This document shows positions 37,462-50,697 of a stretch of DNA of 64,000 nt, in pieces. Source of the stretch: Selaginella moellendorffii. Taxonomy: Eukaryota; Plantae; Lycopodiophyta. The translations under genes and the position numbers were made by a program. Under the pieces are notes generated by a model that searched no databases, was not told where the DNA came from, and saw only the letters and a program-made list of their open reading frames with translations. The stretch covers positions 420,657 through 484,656 of the forward strand of contig NW_003314346.1 of assembly GCF_000143415.4 (NCBI RefSeq), in the 5' to 3' direction. Within the stretch, counting starts at the first letter, position 1; every line of letters begins with the position of its first letter.

Positions 37462-38991
37462 ATGGCGAGCTTCCTCAACGATCGATCCACCACCTTGAGC
37501 AGCAGCGGCGTTGGAGCAAGAGGATGCTGGATCGCCTCCAAGTCAAGGCCTGCCACGAATTTCAGGTACCAGCTCCATAGCTCTGCGTGGAAGGCCACTG
37601 CATTATCGCCCACCAAGAGGATCCAGCGCGAAATCCCTGGCAGCTATGGCCTCCCTCTGCTCGGATCCATCTCCGACCGCTTCAACTATTTCTACTTCCA
37701 AGGCGCCGAGGAGTTCTTCCGGAGCCGAGCTGAGAAGTACCAGAGCACAGTGTTTCGCGTCAACATGCCCCCGGGGCCGCCATTCTTCCCAGATCCCCGG
37801 GTGATCGTGCTGCTGGACCAGCAGAGCTTCCCAGCTCTCTTCGATGTCTCCAAGGTGAGCAAGCGCGATGTCTTCACGGGAACTTACAAGCCCAGCGCCG
37901 ATTTCAATGGTGGCTATCGCATCCTCTCCTATCTCGACGCGGATGAGCCCCGCCACGCCCAGATCAAGGCCTTTTGCTTCGACATGCTCAAATCCAGGGC
38001 CAAGAGCATCGTCCCCGGGATGGATTTCGCGGCGTGCCGCTGCTTCGATCGCTGGGAGAAGGAACTGCGAGCCAAGCAAGCCCCTGAGCTCATTTCCTCG
38101 ATTGAGGAGATCTGCCTGGCGTTCCTGACGAGAGCCCTCATGGATCACGACGCCACTGGAGCATCCGGCCTGAGCACCGAAACTATCAAGAAATGGCTCG
38201 CTCCACAGATTGCTCCAGTCGCCCTTCTCGACGCCATTCCTCCGCCCATCATGGAGCTCCTCCACGTCGTCCCTCTCCCCTTCGCTGTCGTCAAGAAAGA
38301 CTACGAAGCCATCGTCTCCTACTTCTCGGCCCACAGTACCGCGCTGCTCGACCTGGCCGCGACGCACGGCGTACCGCGCGACGAGGCACTCCACAACCTC
38401 ATCTTCATGGTCTGCTTCAACACTTTTGGCGGGCTGATCCGCTTGCTGCCGGAGGTAGTCCAGCGCGTCCACGAGAGCGGCGTCGCCAAGGAGCTCAGCA
38501 ATGAGGTGGCGGCAGCGGTACGCGACGCCGGCGGGCGGCTTACCGCGCGGTCCATTGACGGCATGCCGCTGCTCCACTCGGTGGTGTACGAGTGCCTGCG
38601 CTTCCAGCCGCCGGTACCGTTCCAGTATGCCCGCGCGCGCCAGGATATGGTGATCGAGAGCCACAAGGAGGCGTTTCGCGTGAAGAAGGGCGAGATGCTG
38701 TGTGGATTCCAGCCATTTGCGACGAGAGATGGAGTGGTGTTTGATCGACCCAACGAGTTCTTGCCGCGGCGATTCATGGGCGACGATGGAGCAAAGCTTC
38801 TCAAGTACGTCCTGTGGTCCAATGGCCCCCAGACCGAGAACCCCAGCGTGGATAACAAGCAGTGCGCCGGGAAGGACTTCATCATCTTGGTCACTCGCCT
38901 CTTCCTCGCCGAGTTCTTCCTCAGGTATGAATCGTTCCAGCTCGACGGCCAATCCATCAAATCGCTCTCGCGCCGATCGCCATCGACGTGA
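37462..38991 (+). CDS. CYP74 family P450, allene-oxide-synthase-like, intronless
   Basis: IPGSYGLP, STVFRVNMPPGP, VFTGTY, LSYLD, CFNTFGG, ECLR..PPVPFQY, WSNG and NKQCAGKD. Confidence 0.95.
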   Translation: MASFLNDRSTTLSSSGVGARGCWIASKSRPATNFRYQLHSSAWKATALSPTKRIQREIPGSYGLPLLGSISDRFNYFYFQGAEEFFRSRAEKYQSTVFRVNMPPGPPFFPDPRVIVLLDQQSFPALFDVSKVSKRDVFTGTYKPSADFNGGYRILSYLDADEPRHAQIKAFCFDMLKSRAKSIVPGMDFAACRCFDRWEKELRAKQAPELISSIEEICLAFLTRALMDHDATGASGLSTETIKKWLAPQIAPVALLDAIPPPIMELLHVVPLPFAVVKKDYEAIVSYFSAHSTALLDLAATHGVPRDEALHNLIFMVCFNTFGGLIRLLPEVVQRVHESGVAKELSNEVAAAVRDAGGRLTARSIDGMPLLHSVVYECLRFQPPVPFQYARARQDMVIESHKEAFRVKKGEMLCGFQPFATRDGVVFDRPNEFLPRRFMGDDGAKLLKYVLWSNGPQTENPSVDNKQCAGKDFIILVTRLFLAEFFLRYESFQLDGQSIKSLSRRSPST

Positions 38992-39432
38992 TCAAGCCGA
39001 GCGCACGAAGGACATGCCGACGTGCTTCGTTGGGCGGCTGTGATTCGGGCCCATGGTCGTTGACTTTGTTCTCGACCGTCCAGATTTGGGATCTCCTGGA
39101 TGTTACATTGTAACTTGCTGCTGGCCACAATGCAAATATACTCCAAATGCGAATAGAAACTTGGTATTCTATTAGCTCACGTCCTTAATAGAGTACATTT
39201 TTGTTTGATGCGAGTATTGGTGGTGTTTCACTAGCAATGATAGAAGAAAAAAGAAGAACTCGATGTTGTGCGTGCCACCAACACGGCCAAGTTGACAAAA
39301 ACTCCACCATCCAGCTACATATGTTTCGAAAAAAAAGTCGCCATTGTCTTGAGAGATCGCTGTACATTTTTTCCCTGATCGTGATTATTGTCGCACACTA
39401 AGCGCTCGTCGAGACCGCTTTGCCTTCGAAGC

Positions 39433-41181
39433 CTAGAAGAGCGCAAGGATCTTCGCGGTGGAGAAGGCGAGCAGTGTAGTTATCAAAACCAAGCCGGATC
39501 TGAGCTGCGAGCTTGCACTGGGTAGCCAAGGATACAAGTCTGGATCCGGCAGGACGCACTCGTCTCCGTTGAAGAGCACCCTGTGAGGAAAAGCCCATCC
39601 CTTGCTGAAAGTGAAAGCATCGCCCTTTTGTAAGAGGACCTCCGACTGGACGTTTCCCATTTCCCCGGCTTGCATGAGCATGTCGTTGTAGAATTTGATC
39701 CCCCAAAACATTGCCGTGTCATCTGTGATTGAAGTTAGAACATCTTTGTGATTCTAGCAAAGCTCCATTCACTTACTGATTGATCCATAGGCTTGCAGTG
39801 GCCTGTACGTAAAGCTGAATGCCTCGGTCAAGTTGTTGAAATTGGGATGCTGGACAACCAAATTCCACTGCGTGTAGTTCTTGACGTGACGGTTTGTGAT
39901 TGTGACTTTGGCTCGCCAGTAGTCCTTGTAGTTGATTTTGACGTGCCAGTGGATCTTGATCGGACACATATCGGACGAGCAGAAGAGCTGTGGATGTAGC
40001 GGCTGGTTTTTGGTGATGGAAGAGCTGGAGGTAGCGCCAATGCCCGTGGAGACCACGGGAGGTAAATAGCTGTCATCGCTGTTACAAAGGAAAAAACACA
40101 AGAGATGAGATACAATCGATTGATTGCTAGGACGGACTAAGTGACTTACGGATCAAAGCACATTGGAACTCTAGGCTGAGCTGACTGTGTGACATTCGGC
40201 TTGCAATTGCACGCACAGTTTTGGCAAGGAACAATCTTCTCGTTGTAAAAGGACGAGAAGGAAACGCAGCACGTCGGAGCCCTCTGTGCCAGGTACTGGG
40301 AGTACGAGCAAGTCACGTTCCAAGTCACTGCGCCACCACCAAAGTTCGTAAGCGAGCAAGAGCAAAAGAAACGAAAGAAGCAAAGAAAGAGTGACTCACT
40401 CAGAGCTTGTGTGTGTCTCCGACCATCCGCGGATGGAAACAAGCTGGCTTTCACCTTCTTAGCCGGACCGCAAGTGTATCCCGGGCCGGGTGTCCGAATC
40501 GTGAAGTTCTTTGGAAGCTGGACGGTGGTGTTGGAAGTCCCAGCTTGGCCGACGATAACTTGAAAGGATGCCACAGACATGGTCGGGTCCTGCGCCAGCG
40601 ATCCCAAAACTCCTCCTCTACAGCAATTGGCGACTTGCATACTGTAAGGCACCCCGGGAAGAAGGTCCACGACGGTGGGATCGCGCTTGCAGCAGTGAGG
40701 GATGTTTCCCTTGAATTTGGAGCAGTCGCCCTGCATCGTTGCTTGCGCTCCCTGCATTCCCCAAATCACTTCCTTCTTGGCCCAAGTCCATCCCAGTGTC
40801 CATCCGGGCGTCTCGATGTGGCGGTATTGCTGGTAGTTGTACATGGTCACCAGTGCCTAGAGAAGAAGAAATCCCGGGTTAGAGGCCGTGAAAGAGAGAA
40901 AGAACTCGAAATTTCGGAAGAAATGTGTGTGGAAGAGAGGGATCCCGAGAACTTACGACATAGCCATCCGCGGACCAGCTCATTACATCCCACTTGATCG
41001 TGATGTTGCCGTTTGGATCCAGGGGATCGAAAGATTCTGCGCAAGAACACGGCATGGAGGAGCATTGCTCCATCTCTCACCCAAAGATCCATGGATTTTT
41101 TTTCTTACCGGCTGGATGCGGCATCCAGAGGAGCAGCGCCAGGGCTAGAATGGCGATGTGGAGCTCCATTCGCGTCCACAT
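39433..41181 (-). CDS. COBRA-like GPI-anchored cell-wall protein
   Basis: Signal peptide, DPLDPNGNITIKWDV, GWTLGWTWAKKEVIW, NCCRGG, CCVSFSSFYN, HWHVK.NY..YWR.K and GWAFP.RV.FNGD.C, with a hydrophobic C-terminus. Confidence 0.95.
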
Positions 41182-41562
41182 TGCCAGATCTGGGAGGAGT
41201 GCCGCCATAGCCGAGCCAGAGGAAGAATGCCTGCCCTGCAAACCCCCAAAATTTTTTCCACCAAAGCAGCCTTATGTTTTAAAAATTTAATACCTCTCAA
41301 GATTCTATTTAACACAATGCTTGCGGGTGGAATATTCGACGAGCTACCGGCTACCGGCCGGTTGGTGAGCTGTTGCTGTGACGTGCCAGCGGACGCACGA
41401 CGAGCGCAGGATATTCCTATGGCTCCTTGGCGAAGCTTCCCTTCGCTAATAAAACACGTTATTATCAGCAGGATTATATTAGAGGATTGGACAAAAATGT
41501 CTAGCCATCAATCAATTTCACTGCATCGACATTATAGTTTTACATAAACTGCGATTTCTATG

Positions 41563-43219
41563 CTAAAGCTTGAGCTTGAATTTCTTTGGAGGATACGTAT
41601 AGGCCTCGTAGTTGATGCTTTGGCCCAGGATGCTCAGCCTTGTAAAAGCGCCGATCAAATCCACCTGAGCAATAGATTGTTAAGTTATATCTTCCGGAAA
41701 AACTTTGTCGAGATGATCTTACCTCGTAGTCTGTTTGCGATACGGTCTCTCTACTGTCTTGATACTTCTTCACCCATCGTGCTAATTCACTGTCTTGTGC
41801 AAGTTTCGCGTCCATGGCCGCTTGATCTGTGCCGAGAAACGCTGACAATACTGCAACCTGATAAGCAGAGCTAGCACGCTATCAAAAACTTCGAATGAAA
41901 AGATTTCTACGTGAAAGTTACCTGTCTTGGTCCCAAGCCGACTTTGGAGAATCTGTTCGTGATCTCTGCTATCGGAGCTTCTTCCCACAAAAGAACTCGG
42001 CCTTCGGGATCCGGTTCTAGTTTATCCGAGCGCCCGAATTGCTTGTCGAAAAATCCCCACTAAAAGTTTACAAAGAACAATGTTATCAGCGTCGGCGACA
42101 GCCATTTTCATTATTTCATACCTGACCATTTGATCCATAGGCATTGTAGAGAAAATTCCCCTTCTCTTCGTTGCCACCACACTTTTTGATAGCGGCATCC
42201 AAGAACGTTCTCTTTGCCGCAGCTTGTCCTGTGGAGAAGAAACAAGTTCACGGACTTGAACGAAGAAAACCAAAAGATTTTTCTTGCCTCCGATTTGAAT
42301 AAGATCGGCCCATGAGATTGGTCCTCCTTTGGATTCTTCATCGATCTCTTTCTTGAGCCCCTCGAGAAACGTTACCGCCGAGTCGAGCTTCACGTTTTCA
42401 GGTCTTTTCAACTCCTCGCTACAGAATTTAAAGCCTCAGTATGAATGGAACGAAAGAAATCCTGTAAACTTGATCACCTCAGACGTATGGAACCATTCGG
42501 ACCTCCTGTTTTGGTTTCCTGTTGACGAGCCAGCCAGCATGAGCTACCCACGAAGAAAAAGAAAGAGAAAACCATTGTCTCGATGATACCTTATCATAAG
42601 TTATCGCGTCATTCAACGCAAGCCGCAGAAGAAAAGGAACAAGTTCCGGATTTTCCTGTAAGCACAAACTGACATTCCAAGTTGCACGAAACTGATTATA
42701 ACCAGAAAGAACACCTTGATCGCCTTCGCTAGCTTCACTTTGATTTTTCCTGTACACTCACAAAGAGGTAGGATTCAGGAAAATTTTGTCTCACTCACCT
42801 AGAAAATCGGCACGCTGTGATCTTTGAATCAGATCCGCTGCCATGGCATTGTCTGTCGATGCAATCCCATTCCAGGAGCCAAACTATCAGCAAAAGTAAA
42901 AGTGCTGCTAAAAAATCAGGCAAAGAAACTCAATGGCCGGCCGGAAGTTCTTACTGCCAGACTTGTAGATGACAATCCCACAAGAACCTCTCTCCGGCTC
43001 ACATGAATGTGAGAGTTATCACTAAGCTGGCATGTAGACGAGACCACCTGCGAAGAAAAGCCATCTACATTGTCGGCTATGGTCGAACGAACGGAGTAAA
43101 CCCAACACTACCTGACGAGAACTCGAGCACCTGGTCCTGTGCGAGAAAGAGGAGACGCCTCTCAGAGTGGAATCCATAGAAATCGCCGAGGAAACAAACG
43201 TGGAGCCCCGTGACACCAT
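41563..43219 (-). CDS. TL29: Thylakoid lumenal 29 kDa protein (APX-like)
   Basis: RR-type lumen targeting, ADLIQRSQR, LALNDAITYDK, GGPNGSI, SKGGPISWADLIQ, YGSNGQWG.F, SRETVSQTDYEVDL and INYEAYTY. Confidence 0.92.
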
Positions 43220-43372
43220 ATATCTCTTTCTCTGTAGGTAACTCGCCACAAACTCCGTCAGTCAAAAGCATATCCAAGAGATGAAAGAGAAGTGCTACTT
43301 ATCGAGAACTGTCTGGCGAGCCAAAGCTCGAGCATCTCCATTTTTTTCCCGAAACAAACCTGAGACTACTCA

Positions 43373-44842
43373 CTACTGCCAGTCCCAAGCGCAGGGAGTG
43401 TCATGGAGGTGCATCTCTTTGCACCAGTGCTCCGTGATCTTGTAGGGAGCCTCGGATCTAACTCTGGTTTCCCAGGAGCGCCACAACATGTCACACTTCT
43501 TCGCCAGTCCAAACCGAACGGGATGAAGCTTGACACGCCCCGGAAAAGCTTGCAAGAGCTCCCCAAACGCGGCTGGGAGTTGCGGCCGAAAACCAGCGGG
43601 CTCGCCCTTGAAAACGAAGCCTTCCAGCTCGAGCATCGTCACGCAATCGTTGGTTCTCATGAGCTTCCACAGAAAATCTATCTCGTCGCTCTCCCAGGTG
43701 ACACCACTGCTAGCGTAAATCGACTCGATGTGGACAACTAATGGCGTGTGCCTCCACCTCCAATACTCCAGGCCCAGTACCTACAAGAACACGATGATAA
43801 GTTGGCAACCAATCAAGAAAGGTAGAAAGGTCACCTTGATTGTTCTATGAGCGACTCGTAAAACTTCGAGGCCCTGGAACCTCTCCAAAAAGACTGCGAG
43901 GTTGATGCAGCGAGGATGAAACTCGTTAGCGCTCGTGACGAGCAGGCTCAGGCTCAGTTCCTTGATGCCTTCCACTCTCGATGGGAATGGCGCGAGACGC
44001 TGCATAACATTCTCGGGGCTGCGGAAGGACGGAGAGATGGTGAGCGACTTGAGCTTGCGTGACGAGTGGCACAGCCCCCGGTGGCGCACACCTCCATCCA
44101 AGAGCACCCACTCGACGTTGCATGTAGCGCTCTGGAGTTCCACGCACGGCACGGCGCTGACCAAGAGCCACCGGAGCTTGGGCATGTCGATGGCGAGAGA
44201 AAAGATGGCAGCAGCGCTGCCACCGCAAGTGGAGATCTGCAGGCAGTCGAGACTGTGGCTCTTGAGAAGGTATGTCCGAGGCCGCGTCGCGACGACCGTT
44301 CTCACGCGCAAGAACACGAGTGAGGGGCAGTGCTCGAGGAGCCGACTCACCCCAGAAGCGCGACATCTTGCAACAGTGCAATAGAGGAGATTGGGTAGCA
44401 GCGGCGGAGCCGAGGTTGGAAGCTTGGTGCTAATGCTGGCGTGGATGTGGAGGCATCGCAGCTGCTGGCACGCGGAGATGCTGGACCAGAAGCCCTCAAA
44501 CGTTTGCTTGGGAATGCCGTGAATGGCGAGCGAGTGGAGAGTTCTCCCGATCACTTGTAGCCAGTGAGTGGAGCTGATATTATCTGCATCGCACAAGAGG
44601 CGTTTGATTTCTAAGAAGTGGAGGTTGCTGCCATGATCTGGATGGAACCAGTGAATGAACTTTTCCTCGGTAGCAGGGCATAATAAATCCAAGCAGAAGT
44701 GAGTGACGCGCCTTGCCAAATCCTTCCACCTCTTGCTTACCAGAGCACAGCAATGCAAATGACGTGAGGCGAGTAGCCACGACATGATCCGCAGTAGCAA
44801 CTCATCCGGGAGATCGTCCAAGCGCCTCCGACTCTGTGCCAT
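43373..44842 (-). CDS. F-box protein with LRR/RNI-like region, 2 exons
   Basis: N-terminal LDDLPDELLLRIMSWL..C.LVSKRW followed by L..L.L repeats. Intron at ~43833-43781. Confidence 0.85.
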
Positions 44843-44998
44843 GGATGTCTCTGCCCTAACCCTAACGCAAGGTGGAAATAGTTAGTAAAATATAGAACTC
44901 GAAACATTAAACAGGAAATATCAACCGTTAGATTAAATATACGTAAACTAAACATTCTCCGTACAGTACATACTTAAGAATATTTGATTAAACCTCTA

Positions 44999-45986
44999 TC
45001 AATACAAGCACAAACGAAGCCTGCCTTCCACAACACCGTTGTGAAAATGGAGCCTGTAGAGCTCCCAAAGTTCTTTTCTGTATAGAACGCATTAGAGCAT
45101 ACATAAATGTAAGAGCACGCACACACACACACACAAACCTGACTTGAGGAACTGTGAAGAGCGTCAATCCTTTGGCATCCTTGTGCATGTCAAAGATGAG
45201 CAAGGAGAGCCGTGAAAGCCCCAGAGCGCCGATGTCGATCAGCTTCTTGAGCCTGAGAACAAAGGAAAGGAATTCTAATCACAAGAAAGAGCTTGTTTGC
45301 ACAAAGAAAAGGAAGAGACTGACCGGCTCGGTGTCCCTGCGGCAATATTGACTCGTTCTTTCAGCGCTGAGACTTGCTCTTCCACCTTCAAGTGTTTAGC
45401 GAAAAGCTTCCCAGGCTTGCATTCTTTTGTCAAACTGGACAAGTTCCTGGAAGGATTCGAGCAAAACCAAGTTACATAAGAAAGAAACAACGCAAAACAT
45501 ACATACTTGAGAAGACTGACACAGCGTACTGCGGAACTGCTCACAATGAGAACAATCGGGCTTCCTGGCTCCAAATCTCCAAGAGCTCCACTGCACAGAG
45601 AGCTCTCCCACGAAGATCCAACAATGCCTTTGATAACCGAGGCCAGGTTCTCAATGCAGTGATCCTGATTGCTGGGAATCTCAACCATCGCATCGTCTAC
45701 AAGAAAAGCTAATCAGATGCTAATAAGAAGGAAGAAAAGGAAAGAATGGCCTGGTTGGCCTACCTGGGAGAGCTCCCATCTCCAGAGAAGACAAGACGCT
45801 ACTGTGAACTGCTCGAAATGTGGAGAAGAACCAGGACGATTGATCCCGAGGAGATTTGAACTGGATATCGTTTCTATCTACCGGCGCCGCTGCTGCTTTT
45901 GATGGAGCATTGGATTTTTTCGTGATCTTCGACTTGGTAGCGACGCCGATCGGCCGGTGCTCTCGCCTCTTCTTCGTCTTCTTCAT
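44999..45986 (-). CDS. CMS1/CMSS1-like 90S pre-ribosome protein
   Basis: GSPIVLIVSSSAVRC, KLFAKHLKVEEQV, AAGTPSRL.KL and D.H.DAKG.TLFT.PQV, ending in LRLCLY*. Confidence 0.85.
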
Positions 45987-46159
45987 CCCTGGAATATTTT
46001 TGCCCTAGAAAACAGACGATCCTCGTTACCCTTGTTGACGTGGCAACATCATAGCGGGTGTATAGAGCTTAAATCTACGACTCACTATCTGCCACGTGTC
46101 GCAGAAATAGGGCTCTTGCTGGGATTTAGGGTTCTTTGGTCAAGGGGATTTTTTGGGCG

Positions 46160-47511
46160 ATGGAATCACGGGAAGTGAGCGTCTCGTCACTGCAATTTGC
46201 TTGCAGTGATCGCGCCGATGAGAATGTCGCTACTGCTGAGAGGTAGTTGAATACGTGCGTCTCGCTTGAATCGCATTTTCTATGATGGTAATATCAGGCT
46301 CGTTAGGGAAGCGCATTCGCGAGGAGCAAATATCATCCTTATCCAGGTACTGTGAAGCGTTTAATGCGTTGCGAGGATTTATGCTGTGAAAAAATTTTGG
46401 ATCAGGAGCTCTTCGAGGGATACTACTTTTGCCAGGCGCAAAGAGAGGACTTTTTTTTATGTTCCAAGCCGCGAGAAGGCCATCCAACAATCCAAAGGTT
46501 TTTTCCCTTGTGCTAGGATTTTTGGAGAAGAAAGTTTCGGTTTTCCAGGATGAAGGAGCTGGCGAAAGAACTCGGAGTCGTGATTCCTGTTAGCTTCTTC
46601 GAGGAGGCAAACAATGCACACTATAACTCTATTGTTATCATAGATGCCGATGGAACGGACCTTGGGCTCTACCGAAAATCTCACATTCCCGACGGCCCAG
46701 GTATGCATGAATCAATGTGTTTCACAGAATCGTTTCATCTTTCGCCTTGTGCAGGATATCAAGAAAAGTTTTATTTCAACCCCGGAGACACAGGCTTCAA
46801 GGTCTGTTTCTCTCCTCCACTTCTCGTAACTCCGTTTTAAAAACTTTGGAAAGAGAACAGGTTTTCGATACCAAGTTTGCTAGAATTGGTGTGGGTAAGT
46901 GACTGACTGACATTTGGGATTTGTCTGACGCTAGTTTCTGGGTGTGTGAAGCTATTTGTTGGGATCAATGGTTTCCAGAAGCAGCGAGAGCCATGGCTTT
47001 GATGGGAGCCGAGGTGCTGTTTTACCCAACAGCCATCGGTTCCGAGCCGCAAGACTCGGGCCTAGATTCACGAGAACACTGGCAGCGAGTGATGCAAGGA
47101 CACGCTGGAGCCAATGTGGTACTACACTACGCTGCTCTCTCACTTTCCTTTCATTCGATTTGCTGTTTTCCACGAAGCAAACTCTTTGCAGATACCGCTT
47201 GTTACCTCGAACCGAATCGGAGTGGAAGTTGTAGAAACCGAGCACGGAGCCAGCAAGATAACATTCTACGGGCATTCCTTCATTGCGGGTAAGAGATTCT
47301 TCCTTCGTGTTTTTTCCCTTGCCCACGGCTGGAACTTATTGCAGGACCAACCGGAGAGATTGTGGCAGAGGCCGATGACAAAAACGAAGCGGTTCTCGTG
47401 GCGAAGTTCGATCTAAATCAGATCAAGCTCAAGCGCCAGAGCTGGGGAGTTTTCAGAGACAGGAGGCCGGATTTGTACAAGGTGCTTTTAACGCTGGATG
47501 GTAAAGTTTAG
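46160..47511 (+). CDS. NLP1: N-carbamoylputrescine amidase (nitrilase-like protein 1)
   Basis: QELFEGYYFCQ, YRKSHIPDGPGYQEKFYFNPGDTGF, ICWDQWFPE, YPTAIGSEP, MQGHAGAN and FRDRRP. Confidence 0.96.
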
Positions 47512-49114
47512 AACGCATGCTCTCGAAATATTCATGGAACCGATGTTTTAATTCATTAGAATTAGAGACTCCTATGAATAAATGAATTCCCAACATATGA
47601 AGGTCAACATTATGTTCCTTTGTATTATTGTACTATTAATATAGTAGAAATAAAAAAAGAAAGAATGCCACCAAGAGGAGATTCAAGCGTGACCCCTTTC
47701 ACAAGTAGGTGAAGTTTTTCATGGTTCACCTGGAAAGCTAAGTGGTCATTTTTAAGGTCCAAAAGTTTTACTGCTACAAACTTCTTCCAAACCTGTGGTG
47801 GTGTCAAGCTATAGTTCCAGCTTGATTGTCTTCAAATATCCTAAAACAGATTGAATGAAGATAACAGTCCAATATAGTGATCTAGTTGGTGAGTAGGAAT
47901 GAGCCATCCCATCTTTCTTTGCTCCAGGAGAATTGGGAGTATCTGTCAATGCCTTGTTCATCCACAAATTTTATAAACATCACACTCTTTTCTCTTCCCT
48001 GAAGAACATATGTCCTCAGTCAGTGGAGCTTGATAAGACGAAACAATTAATCAAGAAGGACGATCATCATCTTCTTGATTTGGAGCTTAGTGCAATAGTT
48101 AGCATAAATGGGGGTTACAATTTAGATAAATTTGAGAGCAAGTTTACAATAATTATATCTTAAAATAGTCCCCCGTCCAGCATTCTAGTGGATGTATAGC
48201 GTGCCACATCTCATATACATGAGGTGGTGACCTTTAGATGATCACACTTACAAAAGGCTGTGCAGCACAAACAAAAGAAATCATCGTATATATCTACCAT
48301 ACAAGTAGTGGTGAAGAAAAAGCTCTATCTATCCCAAAAACTTTTATTTCTAGATTTTTCATGAAGAACATTTGCTAGGAAGAAGTCCCAAATATTAATG
48401 GGACTTAGTAGAAGTCCCAAATATTAATGGTGTACTTAGTAAATTAACTTTAATATGGTTATGGTAAATAATTATGGTTAGAGATGATAAAAAGCACTAT
48501 AATTATAAATTAAAATATTTAATAAAAAATAATGTTCTTAGAATATTCTCAAACACTATAATAGCTTTGCTTAATCGGCAAACAAAAAATGGTAATTTGA
48601 AGATGCTAACAAAAGTTACATTGAAAAATGAGGTTTAATGCAAAAGATTATTATAGTTGCCAAACAATGTTTTAGGAACAAGATTGATCATTTTATCATT
48701 AGGTTTAAGAATATACTAGATAATAAAAAATTTAAATAATGATTGATAAAATGATATATTAGAAATTAAAATATTATAGAATATAATTATTTAAAAAATT
48801 ATTATTTAAATCATTTTAGTTAAGTTAAAGTAATAATTTCTTAAAACATTTTACTATAGTATAGCTCTGTTTATTAAGGATACTGCCACAAAACATTGAT
48901 GCATTATATTTTTAAACAATATTAAAAGAAATGATAAAAATTATTGAATGTCTATACTAGATAAAAATTATTATAAAATTATCCCAAATTTATAGAATTG
49001 CTACAAGTGGAGCACTAAAAAGTATATATTTTTAATAATTTACTTAAATAATACGTTATGATTTATAATTAGGTATTAATATTTTTTGTTCTTAATTAAA
49101 ATTTTAACTAAGAT

Positions 49115-49521
49115 ATGCTAGCTTTTAAAAAATCTTTGGTTTTCATATTATATTTTTAAGTATTTATTCATGCTTTAGTGCACATATACAAGTATTTATT
49201 TTTAATAGAGTAGGTGATGAACTTGAGCTTCATTGTAAATCAAAAGATGATAATTTAGAAATACAATTTATTAAAGATAGATCAAACTTCATGTTTGAAT
49301 TTAACACAAGATGGATTGGATATACTTTATTTTGGTGTGATATAAAATTTAAAGGGGAATTACATGGAAAATTTAATGCTTATGACCAAGGATCACATGA
49401 ACATTATGAAGAATTTGAAAAAATAGAATGGTATATATTTGAATATGCAATTTTTGAAACTCATAAAATTTATTATAAAGATCAATGGTCTTCACCAATA
49501 AGAAGGTATAATATTATCTAA
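49115..49521 (+). pseudogene. S-protein homologue (SPH, self-incompatibility S1 family) with a frameshift near the start
   Basis: Frame 1 reads IIFLSIYSCFSA-HIQVFIFNRVGDELELHCKSKDDNLEIQFIKDRSNFMFEFNTRWIGYTLFWCDIKFKG..FNAY..W.I. The ATG at 49115 (MLAFKK) is out of frame by 1 nt, with an A-run at ~49127. Confidence 0.75.
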
Positions 49522-50697
49522 ATATGAAAAGAAAAAAAATAAAAGTGATTTAATTTTTCTTTCAATTCTCCAAAACTATTTTGTATGAGATATGAGAATT
49601 TATAGAATTTGTAAGAAACATAAAGTTAATTTTTCCTATAAAAAATTTATAAATAAAAATCTATTTTAACTTATAATACTTATAAATAATATTCTCTTAA
49701 TCAATTAGGACCAGCCTTTGAATATTTATTATGATTAAACTTTTAAATATTTTAATTTTTCAAATAGATTATACCACAACTTTATATTGAAGAGGAATAT
49801 TATTATTTAAAATTCTCTATATCTACTATTAAATAATATTTAATTTTATAAAAATAAGTAATAAACATTTTAAGAGTCTTTTCCTATGTATGGGTAAGTA
49901 TCATTATGATTATAAGCTAATATGTTTTATTAATAGTTAAGATAATAATCTACCCTATATATTGGGTAGGGTTTGTGTATAAAAGTTTAAAATAAAAATT
50001 ATTTGATAATATTTTCTATATGTAAATTGTTCAAAATTAATAACTTTTGAAAATTATTCAGTTGTGTATAAAAAATTAATCTTAATTTTGTGACGTCCAA
50101 GTGTACAACTACAATACCATATACTAATATTGGTGTAATAGGAATTTTGGTAGCCATCAGATAAATTTCAATTTGAACTACTTGCTATTATATATAAACT
50201 AGAGTTTTTGGGCTAATTGATATGCACATTTTCTATATTCTATACACTCACATCGGTAGAGATTTTTGATTGTCTTTGAGGAGTGCTTGGATTTTGGATT
50301 TTGGTTTAGATTTAGTATTTGCATCGTCTAGATTTAGCTTTTTCCATTTCCTTTCTTTTGTTCTTTCCTTTCGGGGTTTTGGTTTAGATTTAACTTTTGC
50401 GGTGTCTAAATCTCCCTTTCCTATTAGCTTTTTTTCATTTCTTTTCTTTTGCTCTTTCTTTTTTGTTCATCTTCATGCCAGGTCAGCAATCTCCTTCTCT
50501 TTTGACTCTAGAGTAGCAATTGGTACAATTGTTTGATGTTATGCGATTGCAATTAAACAACCAAACTCATTAATAGTGGCATTTAGGGCATGTGGTACAA
50601 CTCCTCCTATTATTGGTGCTAATCCTCACATTCAATTAAAGTTCTTTATAGAAATCCTAGGGATGGTTCAATCACTTTATGGTGATTGCTATATATC

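Noticed and set aside
37603-38952. 449-aa antisense ORF over CYP74
   Set aside because: Shadow ORF from high GC3 codon bias; no motifs.
17727-45986. Apparent cluster of RNA/ribosome genes (AMMECR1, MnmA, PPR, MAK16, CMS1)
   Set aside because: Different compartments and interspersed with unrelated genes; consistent with chance in a gene-dense region.
47600-48400. Possible TE-derived coding remnant after NLP1
   Set aside because: No diagnostic motif found.
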